DNA of 64,000 nt from a virus. The notes under the pieces are model-generated. The model was not told the origin of the DNA. It made no database searches and saw nothing but the letters and a program-made list of their open reading frames with translations. Location of the stretch: positions 1 through 64,000 of IMG/VR virus record IMGVR_UViG_3300048672_000430; one strand, written 5' to 3'. Positions 50,248 to 60,866 of the stretch are shown one piece after another. The position numbers and the translations under genes were made by a program. Each line of letters starts with the position of its first letter. Positions within the stretch are counted from its first letter, which is position 1.

Positions 50248-50505
50248 ATGAAAAGAAGTGAGATGGTGCAACATTTAATGGATACAGCAAAAGCACATAG
50301 AATGTGTACTCCGTATAAAGAAGAAAAAGAATTTTGGGAAATCATGTTACATGAAATTGAAATGGCAGGTATGTTGCCTCCTCCAGATAAAGCAGAAGCT
50401 GTAACAGATTTGATAGTGTACGCATATTATGGTGAAAGAGTGGAAAGTGATGGTTCATTAGATGGACTCGTTATCAGAAACAAACTGTGGGAACCAGAGG
50501 AATAA
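50248..50505 (+). CDS. Hypothetical protein, paralog of 50861-51118
   Basis: MKRSEMV...GMLPP...WEPEE. Confidence 0.6.
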   Translation: MKRSEMVQHLMDTAKAHRMCTPYKEEKEFWEIMLHEIEMAGMLPPPDKAEAVTDLIVYAYYGERVESDGSLDGLVIRNKLWEPEE

Positions 50506-50507
50506 AG

Positions 50508-50864
50508 ATGAAGTTAATTATAGCAGGAAGTAGAGATTTACAAATGTTTGAAGAAGGGATATATTCTTTACTATGTGCTCATAAAATATATAGAAACCAA
50601 TATACTGAGGTAGTATCAGGTGGGGCTGGCGGCATAGATAAATGTGGAGAATTTTTTGCAACACACTATAACCTAGATTTAAGAAGATTTCCTGCCGATT
50701 GGGATATTCACGGTAAAGCAGCAGGGCCGATCCGTAATAGACAAATGGCTGAGTATGCAGATGCCCTACTATTAATTTGGGATGGAAAAAGTAGAGGCAG
50801 TGCTAGTATGAAAAAAGAAATGGAGAAATTAGGTAAACCTATTTACGAGGTAATTATAAAATGA
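50508..50864 (+). CDS. SLOG family (DUF2493/YspA-like) protein
   Basis: IIAGSR, VVSGGAGGID, FPADW..HGKAAGPIRNRQMA, WDGKSRGS. Confidence 0.85.
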   Translation: MKLIIAGSRDLQMFEEGIYSLLCAHKIYRNQYTEVVSGGAGGIDKCGEFFATHYNLDLRRFPADWDIHGKAAGPIRNRQMAEYADALLLIWDGKSRGSASMKKEMEKLGKPIYEVIIK

Positions 50865-51118
50865 AACGAAGTGATATGGTAGAAGAAATTACTCATATTC
50901 TAGACATGGAAGCTGAAGAATTAGCCTATCCTTTTTTAGCTGAATTAATTTTAACCATAATAGAAAATAAAGGAATGTTACCTCCAACTATAACAAATCC
51001 AGAATTTAAAGATATAAACAATTGGCTAAAGCATTGTGATGAAGTAGCAAAAGGTACTGTATATGGATATTCTGTCGAAAGGAAACCTTTAGAGTTAAAT
51101 ATGTGGGAGGAAGAATGA
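50861..51118 (+). CDS. Hypothetical protein, paralog of 50248-50505
   Basis: MKRSDMV...GMLPP...WEEE. Confidence 0.6.
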   Translation: MKRSDMVEEITHILDMEAEELAYPFLAELILTIIENKGMLPPTITNPEFKDINNWLKHCDEVAKGTVYGYSVERKPLELNMWEEE

Positions 51119-51457
51119 GCGATACAAAACAATACTATATATTTAATGGTGGATTACCAGAAAATAGATACAAAGGAATGAAGTGTTATATTTCATTTGT
51201 ATTTGAATCAGATCCTAATTACGGTGTAATATGTTTTGATGATAAAGAAGTTGAAAAGAAAGGGCTTGGGTTGAGTTTTGAAGTTGCAGATTTAAGAAAG
51301 CTAGAGGAAATAGTATGAAAAAGTATAAGTCTCCTCGTAGGTTAAAAGTAAAGCCACCTAAAGTTATTCGTCACGCAAAAGAATATAATCGTAGGATCAA
51401 TAAATTAGATTCAAAGAAAATACTAAAAGAAGTACTAGAAAAGTATAAGGAAAACTA

Positions 51458-52138
51458 ATGGACTATTTATCTGAAAGATACGGACTTATTACTGATAATG
51501 ATACAGAAACCGAGAACGGACAATTATTTTTGGCTGAGTATCAGTTATTATTGGACTATAAAAAAGGTAGTGAAATTAATAAGATGTCGGCATTTATAAC
51601 AATGTTGGAACAGTTACGAAATAGTTACGTAGAAGAGGGTCTCTATCACCGTAATCCTGATCTAATAAATAGACGTATAATGTCTCATGATAATTTATCA
51701 GGAATTATGGCTTGGTCTAAGTATAATAATACAACACATAGATTTGAAATATGGGATTACCTGTTGAAGCACCTCGGTACTTATGATAATTCAAAGGGTA
51801 AATCAAAACAACTATCTAGATTTTTACCATTCAACCCTAGTAATTTTTTTATTTGGGGACTATGTGCGGAATCTAAAATATACTTATTATTCTTACCTTT
51901 CTTTCTAATTAACCTTATTTTAACTTGCAATAAGCCGCCAGGGAATACATCAGGTAAGATACTAGCTTGGGTTGAAATGTATTCATTAAGAGACCACTTT
52001 ATTGTAAAGCACATATTCAAGTACTATGAAACTAAAATGAGACAACAATATGGTACTGATTATATTGAAGCTTTAATGAAGATTTATCACGGCTCAAATT
52101 CCAAAGACTTCCCAATAAACAAAATACTTGACAAATAA
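51458..52138 (+). CDS. Hypothetical protein
   Basis: 226 aa; ENGQLF, GLYHRNP, SHDN; family not recognised. Confidence 0.55.
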   Translation: MDYLSERYGLITDNDTETENGQLFLAEYQLLLDYKKGSEINKMSAFITMLEQLRNSYVEEGLYHRNPDLINRRIMSHDNLSGIMAWSKYNNTTHRFEIWDYLLKHLGTYDNSKGKSKQLSRFLPFNPSNFFIWGLCAESKIYLLFLPFFLINLILTCNKPPGNTSGKILAWVEMYSLRDHFIVKHIFKYYETKMRQQYGTDYIEALMKIYHGSNSKDFPINKILDK

Positions 52139-52156
52139 CTAAACTTATGTTATCTT
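52128..52156 (+). promoter_or_regulatory. sigma70 promoter upstream of polymerase operon
   Basis: TTGACA-17 nt-TATCTT with TGn. Confidence 0.65.
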
Positions 52157-52393
52157 GTTAAAGGAGGATTTAACATGAAATATATTGTTTTATTATTTTT
52201 ACTAGCTTCATGTGCTACAGATATGAGGACAAAAATACCTTGTGAGTTAGTACATAAAACCACTGTTCTAGGAAGAACATATTCTGAGTATTTATGTGAA
52301 GAAGAGATTATCTGTAAAGATCCTTTAAATTGTTTTGTAACTTGTCATGAAGAAGTTGAAATCGGTAAAATTCGTTGTATAACGAGGTAATAT

Positions 52394-54550
52394 ATGTCTA
52401 ATAATGATTTAATCTACGGAAAAAATAGAACAGAGAACATAGTATCAATGGAAATTGACGGAGACGTTTTGACTGTTTTTATTGAAAAAGACGGGGTGGT
52501 TCGTCAAGAAAAACATCCTCATAAGTTCTGGATGCTTTCAAATGAAAGATTGGATCTATCTTGGGTTAAAATGCAAGGAGATCAGCACTACAAATATGGT
52601 AAACAATTTGACAGTTACTTTAAAATGAAAATGGAGAAAGAGAAGTATCAAGGTAAGGACTTCTATAATATTGGTAATTCGATTGAAGCTTGTCAAGTTA
52701 AGGATGGATTTTCTTATTTTAAAGGTATGCAACCTAATCAAGTTTCTATCCTTGCATTCGATATTGAAACAAACGGATTTGCAATGGACGATAACTCTAG
52801 GGTGGTATTGATAGCTAATACTCTCCGTAAAAATGGAGAGATTACTAGAAAATTATTCAGCCACGATGAGTATGCTAATGATGGAGAAATGATTGAAGAT
52901 TGGTGCAATTGGGTCATTTCAGTAGACCCTAGTATCATGTGTGGGCATAATATATACTCTTTTGACTTTCCATTTTTAATCCACACCGCAGGATTATATA
53001 ATAAAAAACTACGATTAGGTAGGAACGAAGCACCGATTAGAGTTCAAAGTAATGAGTCTAGTTTCAGAGTTGACGGAAGTAGAGACCTACATTATCACAA
53101 AGTACAAATATATGGAAGAGAAGTATGTGATACTATGTTCCTATCTTATAAATATGACATTGGTAGAAAATACGAAAGCTATGGTTTGAAGTATATCATA
53201 AATAAAGAAGGCTTAGAAAAAGAAGGTCGAACATTTTACGATGCTCAGAAAATTAAAGATAACTTCAATGATCCCGAAGAAATGATAAAAATTAAGAAGT
53301 ATGCAGAAGAAGATGGTGATGATGCTTTAGCTCTATTTGACTTAATGGTTCCACCGTTCTTTTATATGACGCAAATGATACCTAAACCGTTTCAATTAAT
53401 GATTGAATCAGCCAGTGGATCACAACTTAATTCTTTAATGGTTAGAGCTTATTTACAAAATAAACATAGTATTCCTAAAGCTTCAGAAGCAATTCAATTT
53501 GAGGGTGCTATAAGTTTTGGTGAAGCAGGTATTTATCCTAATGCTGTTTCATTAGATATTGCGTCTCTATATCCGTCTATTATGCTTCAATATGATGTTC
53601 ATGATCCAATCAAAGATCCAGAAAATAACATGCTAAAACTACTGAATTATTTGAGAGATGAAAGATTAAAAAATAAGAAGTTAGCTAAAGAAACTGGGCT
53701 AGATAAATACAAACATCTAGACGGATCATTAAAAATACTAATTAACTCATTGTATGGGTTTTTAGGTGCAACTGGATTAAATTATAATTATCCTATGGGT
53801 GCAGCAGAAGTAACTAGAAAGGGAAGAGAAATACTTACCCAAAGTATGACTTGGGCTAAATCAAAAGGATTCACTGTTCCAAAGGGTGACACAGATTCAA
53901 TCACTATTTATAAAGACGGTAAGGAATTTGAAATAGCAGAAATTAACTCTTTAATTGAGGAAGTCAATAGTATCCTGCCTCCTTATATTAACTTTGAATT
54001 AGATGCTATCTATGACGTTATAGTAGTGTTTAAAGCTAAGAATTACGCATACAGAGAAGGCACTAAGATAAGCTTAAAAGGTAGTAGTATAAAGGGTGGT
54101 ACGAAATCCGCTGCTCTTAAAGAATTTCAAAGAAAGGTAATAGATATATTATTAGAGGGATCTAATGGTGATATTAATGAAAGATTAAAGATTGTGTATA
54201 ATGAATTTGTAAAGAGATCTCAACAACTAAAGACTAAAGAAGATATCAAGCAATGGGCAACTAGAAAAACATTATCCTCTACAATGATGGAAAGTAATAG
54301 ACCAAATGAAACTAAAATAATAGAGGCAATAAAAGGTACTAACTACAAGGAAGGAGATAGATTTTTTACCTTCTATAAATCAGATGATTCAGTGTGTCTT
54401 GTTGAGAATTTTGAGGATGATTATAACAGAGTCCGACTGCTAAAGGCAATACACGATACTATTAATATATTTAGTGATGTGTTAAATGTTAAAGAACATT
54501 TCCCTAATTATAGTTTAAAAAAGAACTTGAAAATGGTTGATCAACTATAA
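52394..54550 (+). CDS. Family B DNA polymerase
   Basis: Exo FDIET and GHNIYSFDF; polymerase LDIASLYPSI, KILINSLYG, GDTDS. Confidence 0.92.
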   Translation: MSNNDLIYGKNRTENIVSMEIDGDVLTVFIEKDGVVRQEKHPHKFWMLSNERLDLSWVKMQGDQHYKYGKQFDSYFKMKMEKEKYQGKDFYNIGNSIEACQVKDGFSYFKGMQPNQVSILAFDIETNGFAMDDNSRVVLIANTLRKNGEITRKLFSHDEYANDGEMIEDWCNWVISVDPSIMCGHNIYSFDFPFLIHTAGLYNKKLRLGRNEAPIRVQSNESSFRVDGSRDLHYHKVQIYGREVCDTMFLSYKYDIGRKYESYGLKYIINKEGLEKEGRTFYDAQKIKDNFNDPEEMIKIKKYAEEDGDDALALFDLMVPPFFYMTQMIPKPFQLMIESASGSQLNSLMVRAYLQNKHSIPKASEAIQFEGAISFGEAGIYPNAVSLDIASLYPSIMLQYDVHDPIKDPENNMLKLLNYLRDERLKNKKLAKETGLDKYKHLDGSLKILINSLYGFLGATGLNYNYPMGAAEVTRKGREILTQSMTWAKSKGFTVPKGDTDSITIYKDGKEFEIAEINSLIEEVNSILPPYINFELDAIYDVIVVFKAKNYAYREGTKISLKGSSIKGGTKSAALKEFQRKVIDILLEGSNGDINERLKIVYNEFVKRSQQLKTKEDIKQWATRKTLSSTMMESNRPNETKIIEAIKGTNYKEGDRFFTFYKSDDSVCLVENFEDDYNRVRLLKAIHDTINIFSDVLNVKEHFPNYSLKKNLKMVDQL

Positions 54551-54553
54551 AAC

Positions 54554-54582
54554 TTGACAAATAATACGTTATATGTTATATT
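54554..54582 (+). promoter_or_regulatory. sigma70 promoter
   Basis: TTGACA-17 nt-TATATT with TGn. Confidence 0.65.
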
Positions 54583-54946
54583 ACTAATTAAGAGGTTGTA
54601 TGACTGCTCCATATAAAAAACGTGCAAAAGCTGGGTGGAACTCGGATAAAAAACAATCAAATAAAGATGAACGAGTTTTTGAGAAACACGAAATAAGAAC
54701 AATCAGTTATGAAGAACTAAATGCAGATGCTGAAATAGAGCATAATGATAAGCTACCTAAAAAGAAAAAGAGAAAACAACCAAAACCAAAAGACATACTA
54801 AATAAGATAAATTCTACCGAAAAAACTTTAGCATTTTTTAAATCTGGTTCAGTATATAGATCTGAATGGATTAAAGGTGTTATTTCGAGATACGAAAAAG
54901 AATTAGAGGATCTACATAAACAATATAATGAGATGACAAGTAAGAC

Positions 54947-54975
54947 TTGACAAATAGCTAGAAATATGTTACATT
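54947..54975 (+). promoter_or_regulatory. sigma70 promoter
   Basis: TTGACA-17 nt-TACATT with TGn. Confidence 0.6.
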
Positions 54976-55180
54976 AAAATTAAGGAGACAAACATGACAA
55001 GATTAGAAGCTAACAAACAAATTTTAGAAAGAATTAACGGTGTAGTAGAGACATACCCAGAACTTAGATTTGAGCAGATAATGGTAGGTTTAGGACTAGA
55101 ATGGATGAGTTTCTGTGAGGAATCAACAGATACTTTAGAAATTATTAATGACCATTTAGGTAAAATGAAGGAAGTTAAAA

Positions 55181-55630
55181 ATGCTTAGTATAAAGAATAT
55201 TAATAAAGAAGTTGTGATGGTTGCCTTAGTTATTGCTGGTCTAGCATTTGGTGCTGGATATTATGCAACACCATCTAAGGTTAAAACAGAGATAAAAGAA
55301 GTAGTTAAAACCGTAAAGGAAGAAGCTAAATCTAAGGTTGTGTATAAAGAAAGAATCGTCTATAAAGACGGCACAACCGTTGAACGTGAATCGGAATCGG
55401 AACAATCAAATACTAAAGAAAGTAATGAATCAACAAAAACAGCTAATTCTGAGACAACAAAAGATACTGGATTAGTTTTAAGTGCATTAGCTATTGTTGA
55501 TAGTTCTGATATTCAGGGACATAGAGATTATGGCTTACATGTTACAAAGAGAGTTTTTAGTAATATTAATGTTGGGGTAATCGCAACTACTGATAAAAAG
55601 GTTGGGGTATCCGTTGGGTTGAGCTTTTAA
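55181..55630 (+). CDS. Membrane-anchored hypothetical protein
   Basis: N-terminal TM helix; C-terminal amphipathic beta strands ending VGLSF. Confidence 0.5.
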   Translation: MLSIKNINKEVVMVALVIAGLAFGAGYYATPSKVKTEIKEVVKTVKEEAKSKVVYKERIVYKDGTTVERESESEQSNTKESNESTKTANSETTKDTGLVLSALAIVDSSDIQGHRDYGLHVTKRVFSNINVGVIATTDKKVGVSVGLSF

Positions 55631-56421
55631 TGAATGTATTAAGTTTATTCGATGGTATTTCTTGTGGACAAATTGCTCTTGAGAAAGCAGGACTTAAAGT
55701 AGATAAATACTTTGCGAGTGAGCTTGATAAGTACGCTATCGCTGTAACACAAAATAACTATCCAAATACTATACAACTTGGTGATGTTTGTAAAATTAAA
55801 GTAGAAGATCTCCCTAGTATAGATTTGTTAATTGGGGGATCTCCCTGTCAAGGGTTTTCATTTGCTGGTAAACAGTTAAATTTTAATGACCCTAGGTCTG
55901 TTTTATTTTTTGAATACGCAAGAATACTGAAAGAAGCTAAACCTAAATATTTTTTACTTGAAAATGTTAAAATGAAGAAAGAATTTCAAGATATAATTAG
56001 TAAAGAATTGGGTGTTGAGCCTATTGAAATTAATAGTAAGTTGGTTTCTGGTCAATTAAGATCAAGATTATATTGGACAAATATTCCTAATATAACTCAA
56101 CCGGAAGATAAGAATATTCAATTTCAAGATATATTAGAAAAGGATGAAGCTAGGATTCCAAAAGCTTATACGTTAACTGCTAGCTATTTTAAAAAAGGAG
56201 CAGAAGCTACTAGACAAAGAGGATTTAATAAATCACAAAGACCTATAGCTTGGATTAATGATAATGAAACTAGATGGTTAACTCCATTAGAATGTGAAAG
56301 ATTACAGACTATTCCAGAAAATTACACAAATAATGTATCCAATTCACAACGTTATAAGATGTTAGGTAATGGCTGGACGGTTGATATTATTGTTCATATA
56401 TTTAAAAACTTGACATTTTAA
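55630..56421 (+). CDS. DNA cytosine-C5 methyltransferase
   Basis: LSLFDGISCG, GGSPCQGFS, LLENV, RLYW, LTPLECERLQ, LGNGW. Confidence 0.92.
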   Translation: MNVLSLFDGISCGQIALEKAGLKVDKYFASELDKYAIAVTQNNYPNTIQLGDVCKIKVEDLPSIDLLIGGSPCQGFSFAGKQLNFNDPRSVLFFEYARILKEAKPKYFLLENVKMKKEFQDIISKELGVEPIEINSKLVSGQLRSRLYWTNIPNITQPEDKNIQFQDILEKDEARIPKAYTLTASYFKKGAEATRQRGFNKSQRPIAWINDNETRWLTPLECERLQTIPENYTNNVSNSQRYKMLGNGWTVDIIVHIFKNLTF

Positions 56422-56438
56422 TAGTTTTGTGTTACACT
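56410..56438 (+). promoter_or_regulatory. sigma70 promoter
   Basis: TTGACA-17 nt-TACACT with TGn. Confidence 0.6.
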
Positions 56439-56737
56439 AACTTTTAGAGGGCTTAATGGAAAATGTAATAGAACTTAATGACATGCGTAGAATTAAAAAT
56501 ATGGAAAAGACAGTTAAATTATTTGAAAAGCAGTTAGCCGATATTAAAAAAGCACATGGAATATTAGTTCCTCATGTTGATTTTAGATTTTTCAGTATTA
56601 CATGTTATGCGTTAAGAGAAGAGCAAAAGAGCCTAGCTGCTGAATTATTGAGATTAAAGTTACGTTTGGATAAAGCAAAAAATCCATCTAAATATGAACA
56701 ACTATTAATAGAACAAAAACCTGAATAGGATAATTAA

Positions 56738-57673
56738 ATGAAACATTGGACTGAAGAAGAATTAGAAACATTAGTATTTATGAAGAATTGTGGTTTAACA
56801 TGGTCTGAGATTAACCCAGAATTTCCAGGTGAAACACAAAATTCTCTAAGAAAAACATACTACAGACATATTAGAAAAGAACCAGTGAATAATGTAGGCC
56901 CAAAGGTACTTCTGTTAGATATTGAAACTCTCCCTATGGAAGCATATGTTTGGGGATTGTTTGACCAAAATATAGGGCTAGAAATGGTTAAAACCGATTG
57001 GTCAATACTTAGTTTCTCTGCTAAATGGTTAGGAGCACCAGAAAACGAAGTGATGTACTATGATACTAGAGATGAAGAGAATGTTAGAGATGATTCTAAC
57101 CTAGTTAAGATTATACATGGATTATTAGATGAATGTGACGTAACAATCACCCAGAATGGGATTAGATTTGATATACCAAAATTAAATGCTCGTTTTATTA
57201 AACACGGTTTAACTCCACCATCTAGCTATAGAAATATAGACACAATGAGAATAGCTAAATCTAAGTTCGGATTTACTAGTAATAAGTTAGCATATATGAC
57301 CGAATTATTGTGCACAAAATACAAAAAACTAGATCACTCTGAATTTTCAGGATTTAAATTATGGTCTGAATGTATGAAGGGTAATTTGGCAGCGTTTGAA
57401 TCAATGAAGAAATACAATATGTACGATGTTTTAAGCTTAGAAGAATTGTACTTAATTATGGCTCCTTGGGATAAAACTATTAATTTCTCAGTATTTAATG
57501 ATGAGGATCTTAGTCATCGTTGTTCGTGCGGGAATGATCAGTTTGAGGAGAGTGGGTTTGTATACACAAATACTGCAAAATTCCAAAGACATAAGTGTAC
57601 GGTGTGTGGTAAAGAACATAGAGATTCTACAAATTTATTAAGTAAAGAAAAACGTAAAAGCATTAAGAGGTAA
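56738..57673 (+). CDS. DnaQ/RNase H-like 3'-5' exonuclease with N-terminal Myb-like HTH and C-terminal Zn ribbon
   Basis: WTEEE..L; LLDIET, QNGIRFDIP, YNMYDV; CSCG...CTVCG. Confidence 0.75.
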   Translation: MKHWTEEELETLVFMKNCGLTWSEINPEFPGETQNSLRKTYYRHIRKEPVNNVGPKVLLLDIETLPMEAYVWGLFDQNIGLEMVKTDWSILSFSAKWLGAPENEVMYYDTRDEENVRDDSNLVKIIHGLLDECDVTITQNGIRFDIPKLNARFIKHGLTPPSSYRNIDTMRIAKSKFGFTSNKLAYMTELLCTKYKKLDHSEFSGFKLWSECMKGNLAAFESMKKYNMYDVLSLEELYLIMAPWDKTINFSVFNDEDLSHRCSCGNDQFEESGFVYTNTAKFQRHKCTVCGKEHRDSTNLLSKEKRKSIKR

Positions 57674-57675
57674 AA

Positions 57676-58020
57676 GTGAAGGCAATATCACAGATTACTT
57701 TAAATATCAAAGGTCGAGACTGGACTTTTAAATTGTTGACAGATAAACAGTTTAATAAACTTCATAATAAAGAAGATGAAGGTAATACAGCAATGACCAT
57801 ACAATCGGACTATGAAGTTCATTTTCGTAAATCTGATTGGTCTATAGCAACGATTAGACACGAGCTAGGACACACATTACACATGTCTTCTCTAGTAGGA
57901 TCTTCTGATCTAACAGTCAGTGATACCGTAGAGTTGATGTGTGAAATAATTGGCGAGCATACGGATGAAATAGTGTTATGGTCGGTAAGAATTGCTGAGA
58001 AATTCATTAATCATTCGTAA
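57676..58020 (+). CDS. Small HExxH protein
   Basis: TIRHELGHTL...ELMCE. Confidence 0.5.
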   Translation: MKAISQITLNIKGRDWTFKLLTDKQFNKLHNKEDEGNTAMTIQSDYEVHFRKSDWSIATIRHELGHTLHMSSLVGSSDLTVSDTVELMCEIIGEHTDEIVLWSVRIAEKFINHS

Positions 58021-58028
58021 GGAATAAC

Positions 58029-58697
58029 ATGGAAAGGGAAGAATCAATGATAGTTTGTTTGGCTGGTGTAAAAAGAAGTGGTAAAGACAGTGTAGCAAAT
58101 ATACTCAAAACGGAAGGGTTTGAACAAATAAGTTTAGCTGATCCTTTGAGAGAAATATGCTCTAAAGTATTTGATATTCCAATGAATGTTTTTACTGCTG
58201 ACGAATTAAAGGAAAAACCTTTTGACCGTCCTGTTTTTTTAACAGCGGACGATATAGCTCATTTTCAAGCTATTGTTGAGAATGAATGGGGATTTAATAT
58301 TGATAAAACTGCATACAATGGAATGATTGAACATTTAGATGTTGGATTTGAAACACCAAGACAAATGCTGCAATATATTGGAACTGAATTTCTAAGAAAC
58401 AATGTAGACGATAATATGTTTTTAAAGATAGCAGATAAGAGAATTGAACATTCACCAAAAGATGTTGTTATTTCCGATTGTAGATTTAAGAATGAACGTG
58501 AATGGTTTCGTAAAAAGAACGCTATAATATGTTTAGTAAAAAGACCGTCTTTAGCACAAAATACAGACACCCATGTATCTGAGAATGATTTAGGTGATGA
58601 AAAGGACTATCAAGTAATTATTACTAATGATAGAGACTTAAATGCTTTACATCTTAATATCAGTACATGGATTAACATGACAAATAGGAGAAGATAA
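58029..58697 (+). CDS. Deoxynucleoside monophosphate kinase
   Basis: GVKRSGKD, LADPLRE, PRQMLQYIGTE, ISDCRFKNE, HVSE. Confidence 0.88.
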   Translation: MEREESMIVCLAGVKRSGKDSVANILKTEGFEQISLADPLREICSKVFDIPMNVFTADELKEKPFDRPVFLTADDIAHFQAIVENEWGFNIDKTAYNGMIEHLDVGFETPRQMLQYIGTEFLRNNVDDNMFLKIADKRIEHSPKDVVISDCRFKNEREWFRKKNAIICLVKRPSLAQNTDTHVSENDLGDEKDYQVIITNDRDLNALHLNISTWINMTNRRR

Positions 58698-59137
58698 TGG
58701 CTAATTTTCAATTAAGAGTACGTATCCAAAAAGAAAATGGTGTTGAAACCCCTAAATATGCACATAAAGGTGATGCCGGATTTGATTTAAAAGCAAACGA
58801 ATCGGTTACTTTAGTGCCTGGAGAAACAAAGCTAATTGATACTGGATTGAAATTTCAAATACCAGAAGGTTATGAAATACAAATTAGACCTAGAAGTGGT
58901 ATGTCAGCTAAAAGTAAATTTAGAGTGGCAAACTCTCCTGGAACAATTGACAGCAACTATACTGGACTTGTGAAGATTATTGCCGAAAATACCGGACATA
59001 GACCAATTTTTATTGAAAAAGGTGACAGAATTGCTCAGGCTGTTCTTTGTCCTGTATATGAAGCAGTATTTATTGAAGAAGAATTTGAATCTACTAATAG
59101 AGGAACCAATGGATTTGGGAGTTCTGGGGTTAAATAA
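58697..59137 (+). CDS. dut: dUTPase (trimeric)
   Basis: AGFDL, RPRSG, GTIDSNYTG, GDRIAQ, RGTNGFGSSG. Confidence 0.95.
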   Translation: MANFQLRVRIQKENGVETPKYAHKGDAGFDLKANESVTLVPGETKLIDTGLKFQIPEGYEIQIRPRSGMSAKSKFRVANSPGTIDSNYTGLVKIIAENTGHRPIFIEKGDRIAQAVLCPVYEAVFIEEEFESTNRGTNGFGSSGVK

Positions 59138-59240
59138 TGCTTTTAATTAAACTATTTTTTATACTAGTTACGATGGGGTTTCTAGGTGGAATTGTAATTA
59201 ATCTCATTATTATGTTGTATAAAAAACTAAAGGGGTAACC

Positions 59241-59654
59241 TTGGGAAAATCTAAACATCGAGAATATAATAAAGAAGCTAAGGATGGAGAAACTTCTAAA
59301 TTAAAAAGAAGAATCGCACATCTTGAAAAAGAGAATAAGCTACTTAAAAGTCAACTAAGAACATATGAAGCTGCCTTTCATAAAAATATACGTTTTTTAA
59401 AGGGTAAAACAGACGATTTAAGCTTAGAGGAATTAATTAAGGGTGCTCAAGAGGAGCTAACGGTTAATGAAATTAAAGCCGATAAACAGTACAAATTTGA
59501 GGATTTAAAAGCTAAGTGGCAATGTTTTAAATGTAATGAGGGAGTACTTAGGTTGATAATAATACCAGGTAATAGATATTTTAGAAAATGTAGCATGTGC
59601 GAGCATAGAACCGGTGCACAAGAATATACTGAAAATGTAGAAGGAATAAGGTAA
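59241..59654 (+). CDS. Coiled-coil protein with C-terminal Zn ribbon
   Basis: CFKC...CSMC. Confidence 0.5.
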   Translation: MGKSKHREYNKEAKDGETSKLKRRIAHLEKENKLLKSQLRTYEAAFHKNIRFLKGKTDDLSLEELIKGAQEELTVNEIKADKQYKFEDLKAKWQCFKCNEGVLRLIIIPGNRYFRKCSMCEHRTGAQEYTENVEGIR

Positions 59655-59841
59655 TGCAATTTATAGTGGAAAAACCAATGGTTATCATGCAGAAATGTGA
59701 AAACTGTAACTGTCATTTTTTTAGCATGGTTTCTGAACAAAAATGCGTGGATTGTTGTGTAAAAGGAACAGAAGAGGATACTAATGAATAATTTTATCAC
59801 AATAAGTAAGTTTGATAACCTTTCTTGAAGGATAAAAAATT

Positions 59842-60483
59842 ATGAAGATTTGCACAAAATGTAAAGAAACTAAGGATTTAGATGGATTTCCAAAAGATTC
59901 AAGAACTAAAGATGGTTACCATTCAAGTTGTAAAACATGTATTAAACTTAGGGATTTAAAGTATAGGCAATCTAATAGGTTAGAAATAAGCGAAAGAAGG
60001 AAAATGTTGAGAAAATTAAAAGGTGAGTCGTTCTTAAAAAAAATAAGAGAGTATAGAGAAAATAATAAGGATAGGATAAATGCACTTCAAAATAAATTAT
60101 ATAAAGAAAAAATGGAAAATGATCTTGAGTATAGGAAAAAAAGAAAGGAAACAGGAAGACAATATTTCTTAAAAAATAAAGATGTGATTAATAAATGGCG
60201 ACAAGAATTTTGTAAAACACCAGAAGGTACTAGGAACTTTGATAAAGCAAAAAGAAAGGCTCAAAAATTACATGCAACACCAAAATGGCTAAGTAAAGAG
60301 CATTTAAAAGAAATTAGAAATATATACAAAGAAGCTAAAAGGTTAACAAATGAAAAAAATATTGAACATCAAGTCGATCATATAATCCCGTTAGTTAATA
60401 AGAATGTTTGTGGTTTGCATGTTCCTTGGAATTTACAGATATTAACAAGAAATGAGAATGCAAGTAAAGGAAATAAATTATGA
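59842..60483 (+). CDS. HNH homing endonuclease
   Basis: N-terminal CTKC...CKTC; ATPKWL, HQVDHIIPL..KNVCGLHVPWNLQIL..EN..KGN. Confidence 0.85.
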   Translation: MKICTKCKETKDLDGFPKDSRTKDGYHSSCKTCIKLRDLKYRQSNRLEISERRKMLRKLKGESFLKKIREYRENNKDRINALQNKLYKEKMENDLEYRKKRKETGRQYFLKNKDVINKWRQEFCKTPEGTRNFDKAKRKAQKLHATPKWLSKEHLKEIRNIYKEAKRLTNEKNIEHQVDHIIPLVNKNVCGLHVPWNLQILTRNENASKGNKL

Positions 60484-60866
60484 GTAAAAAGGTTAAAAAG
60501 GGCCCATCAAAAACAACCTTTGCTAAGGGTGCATTGAGAAGAGCTAGTTTAGCTTGGAGGCCAATATCAGAAGCTAGAAGATTAGCACGTAAAGAACGTG
60601 GTCGTTATGAATGTGCAATGTGTAAGGAATTATTCAGTGCTAAAGAAGTACAGGTTGACCATAGAAATCCAGTTATTGATATTAAAGAAGGGTGGCAAGG
60701 TTGGGATTCATATATAGAACGATTATTCTGTGATGTAGACCAGTTAGATGTACTATGTACAACTTGTCATGATGTGAAAAGTAGTCACGAGGTTCAGATG
60801 CGTAAATATTTCCGTGCAAAGAAAAAAGAACAGAATCTAGATGTAGAGGATGAAGATAATGAGTAA
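60480..60866 (+). CDS. HNH-family nuclease
   Basis: CAMC, VQVDHRNPV, LDVLCTTCHDVK. Confidence 0.75.
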   Translation: MSKKVKKGPSKTTFAKGALRRASLAWRPISEARRLARKERGRYECAMCKELFSAKEVQVDHRNPVIDIKEGWQGWDSYIERLFCDVDQLDVLCTTCHDVKSSHEVQMRKYFRAKKKEQNLDVEDEDNE

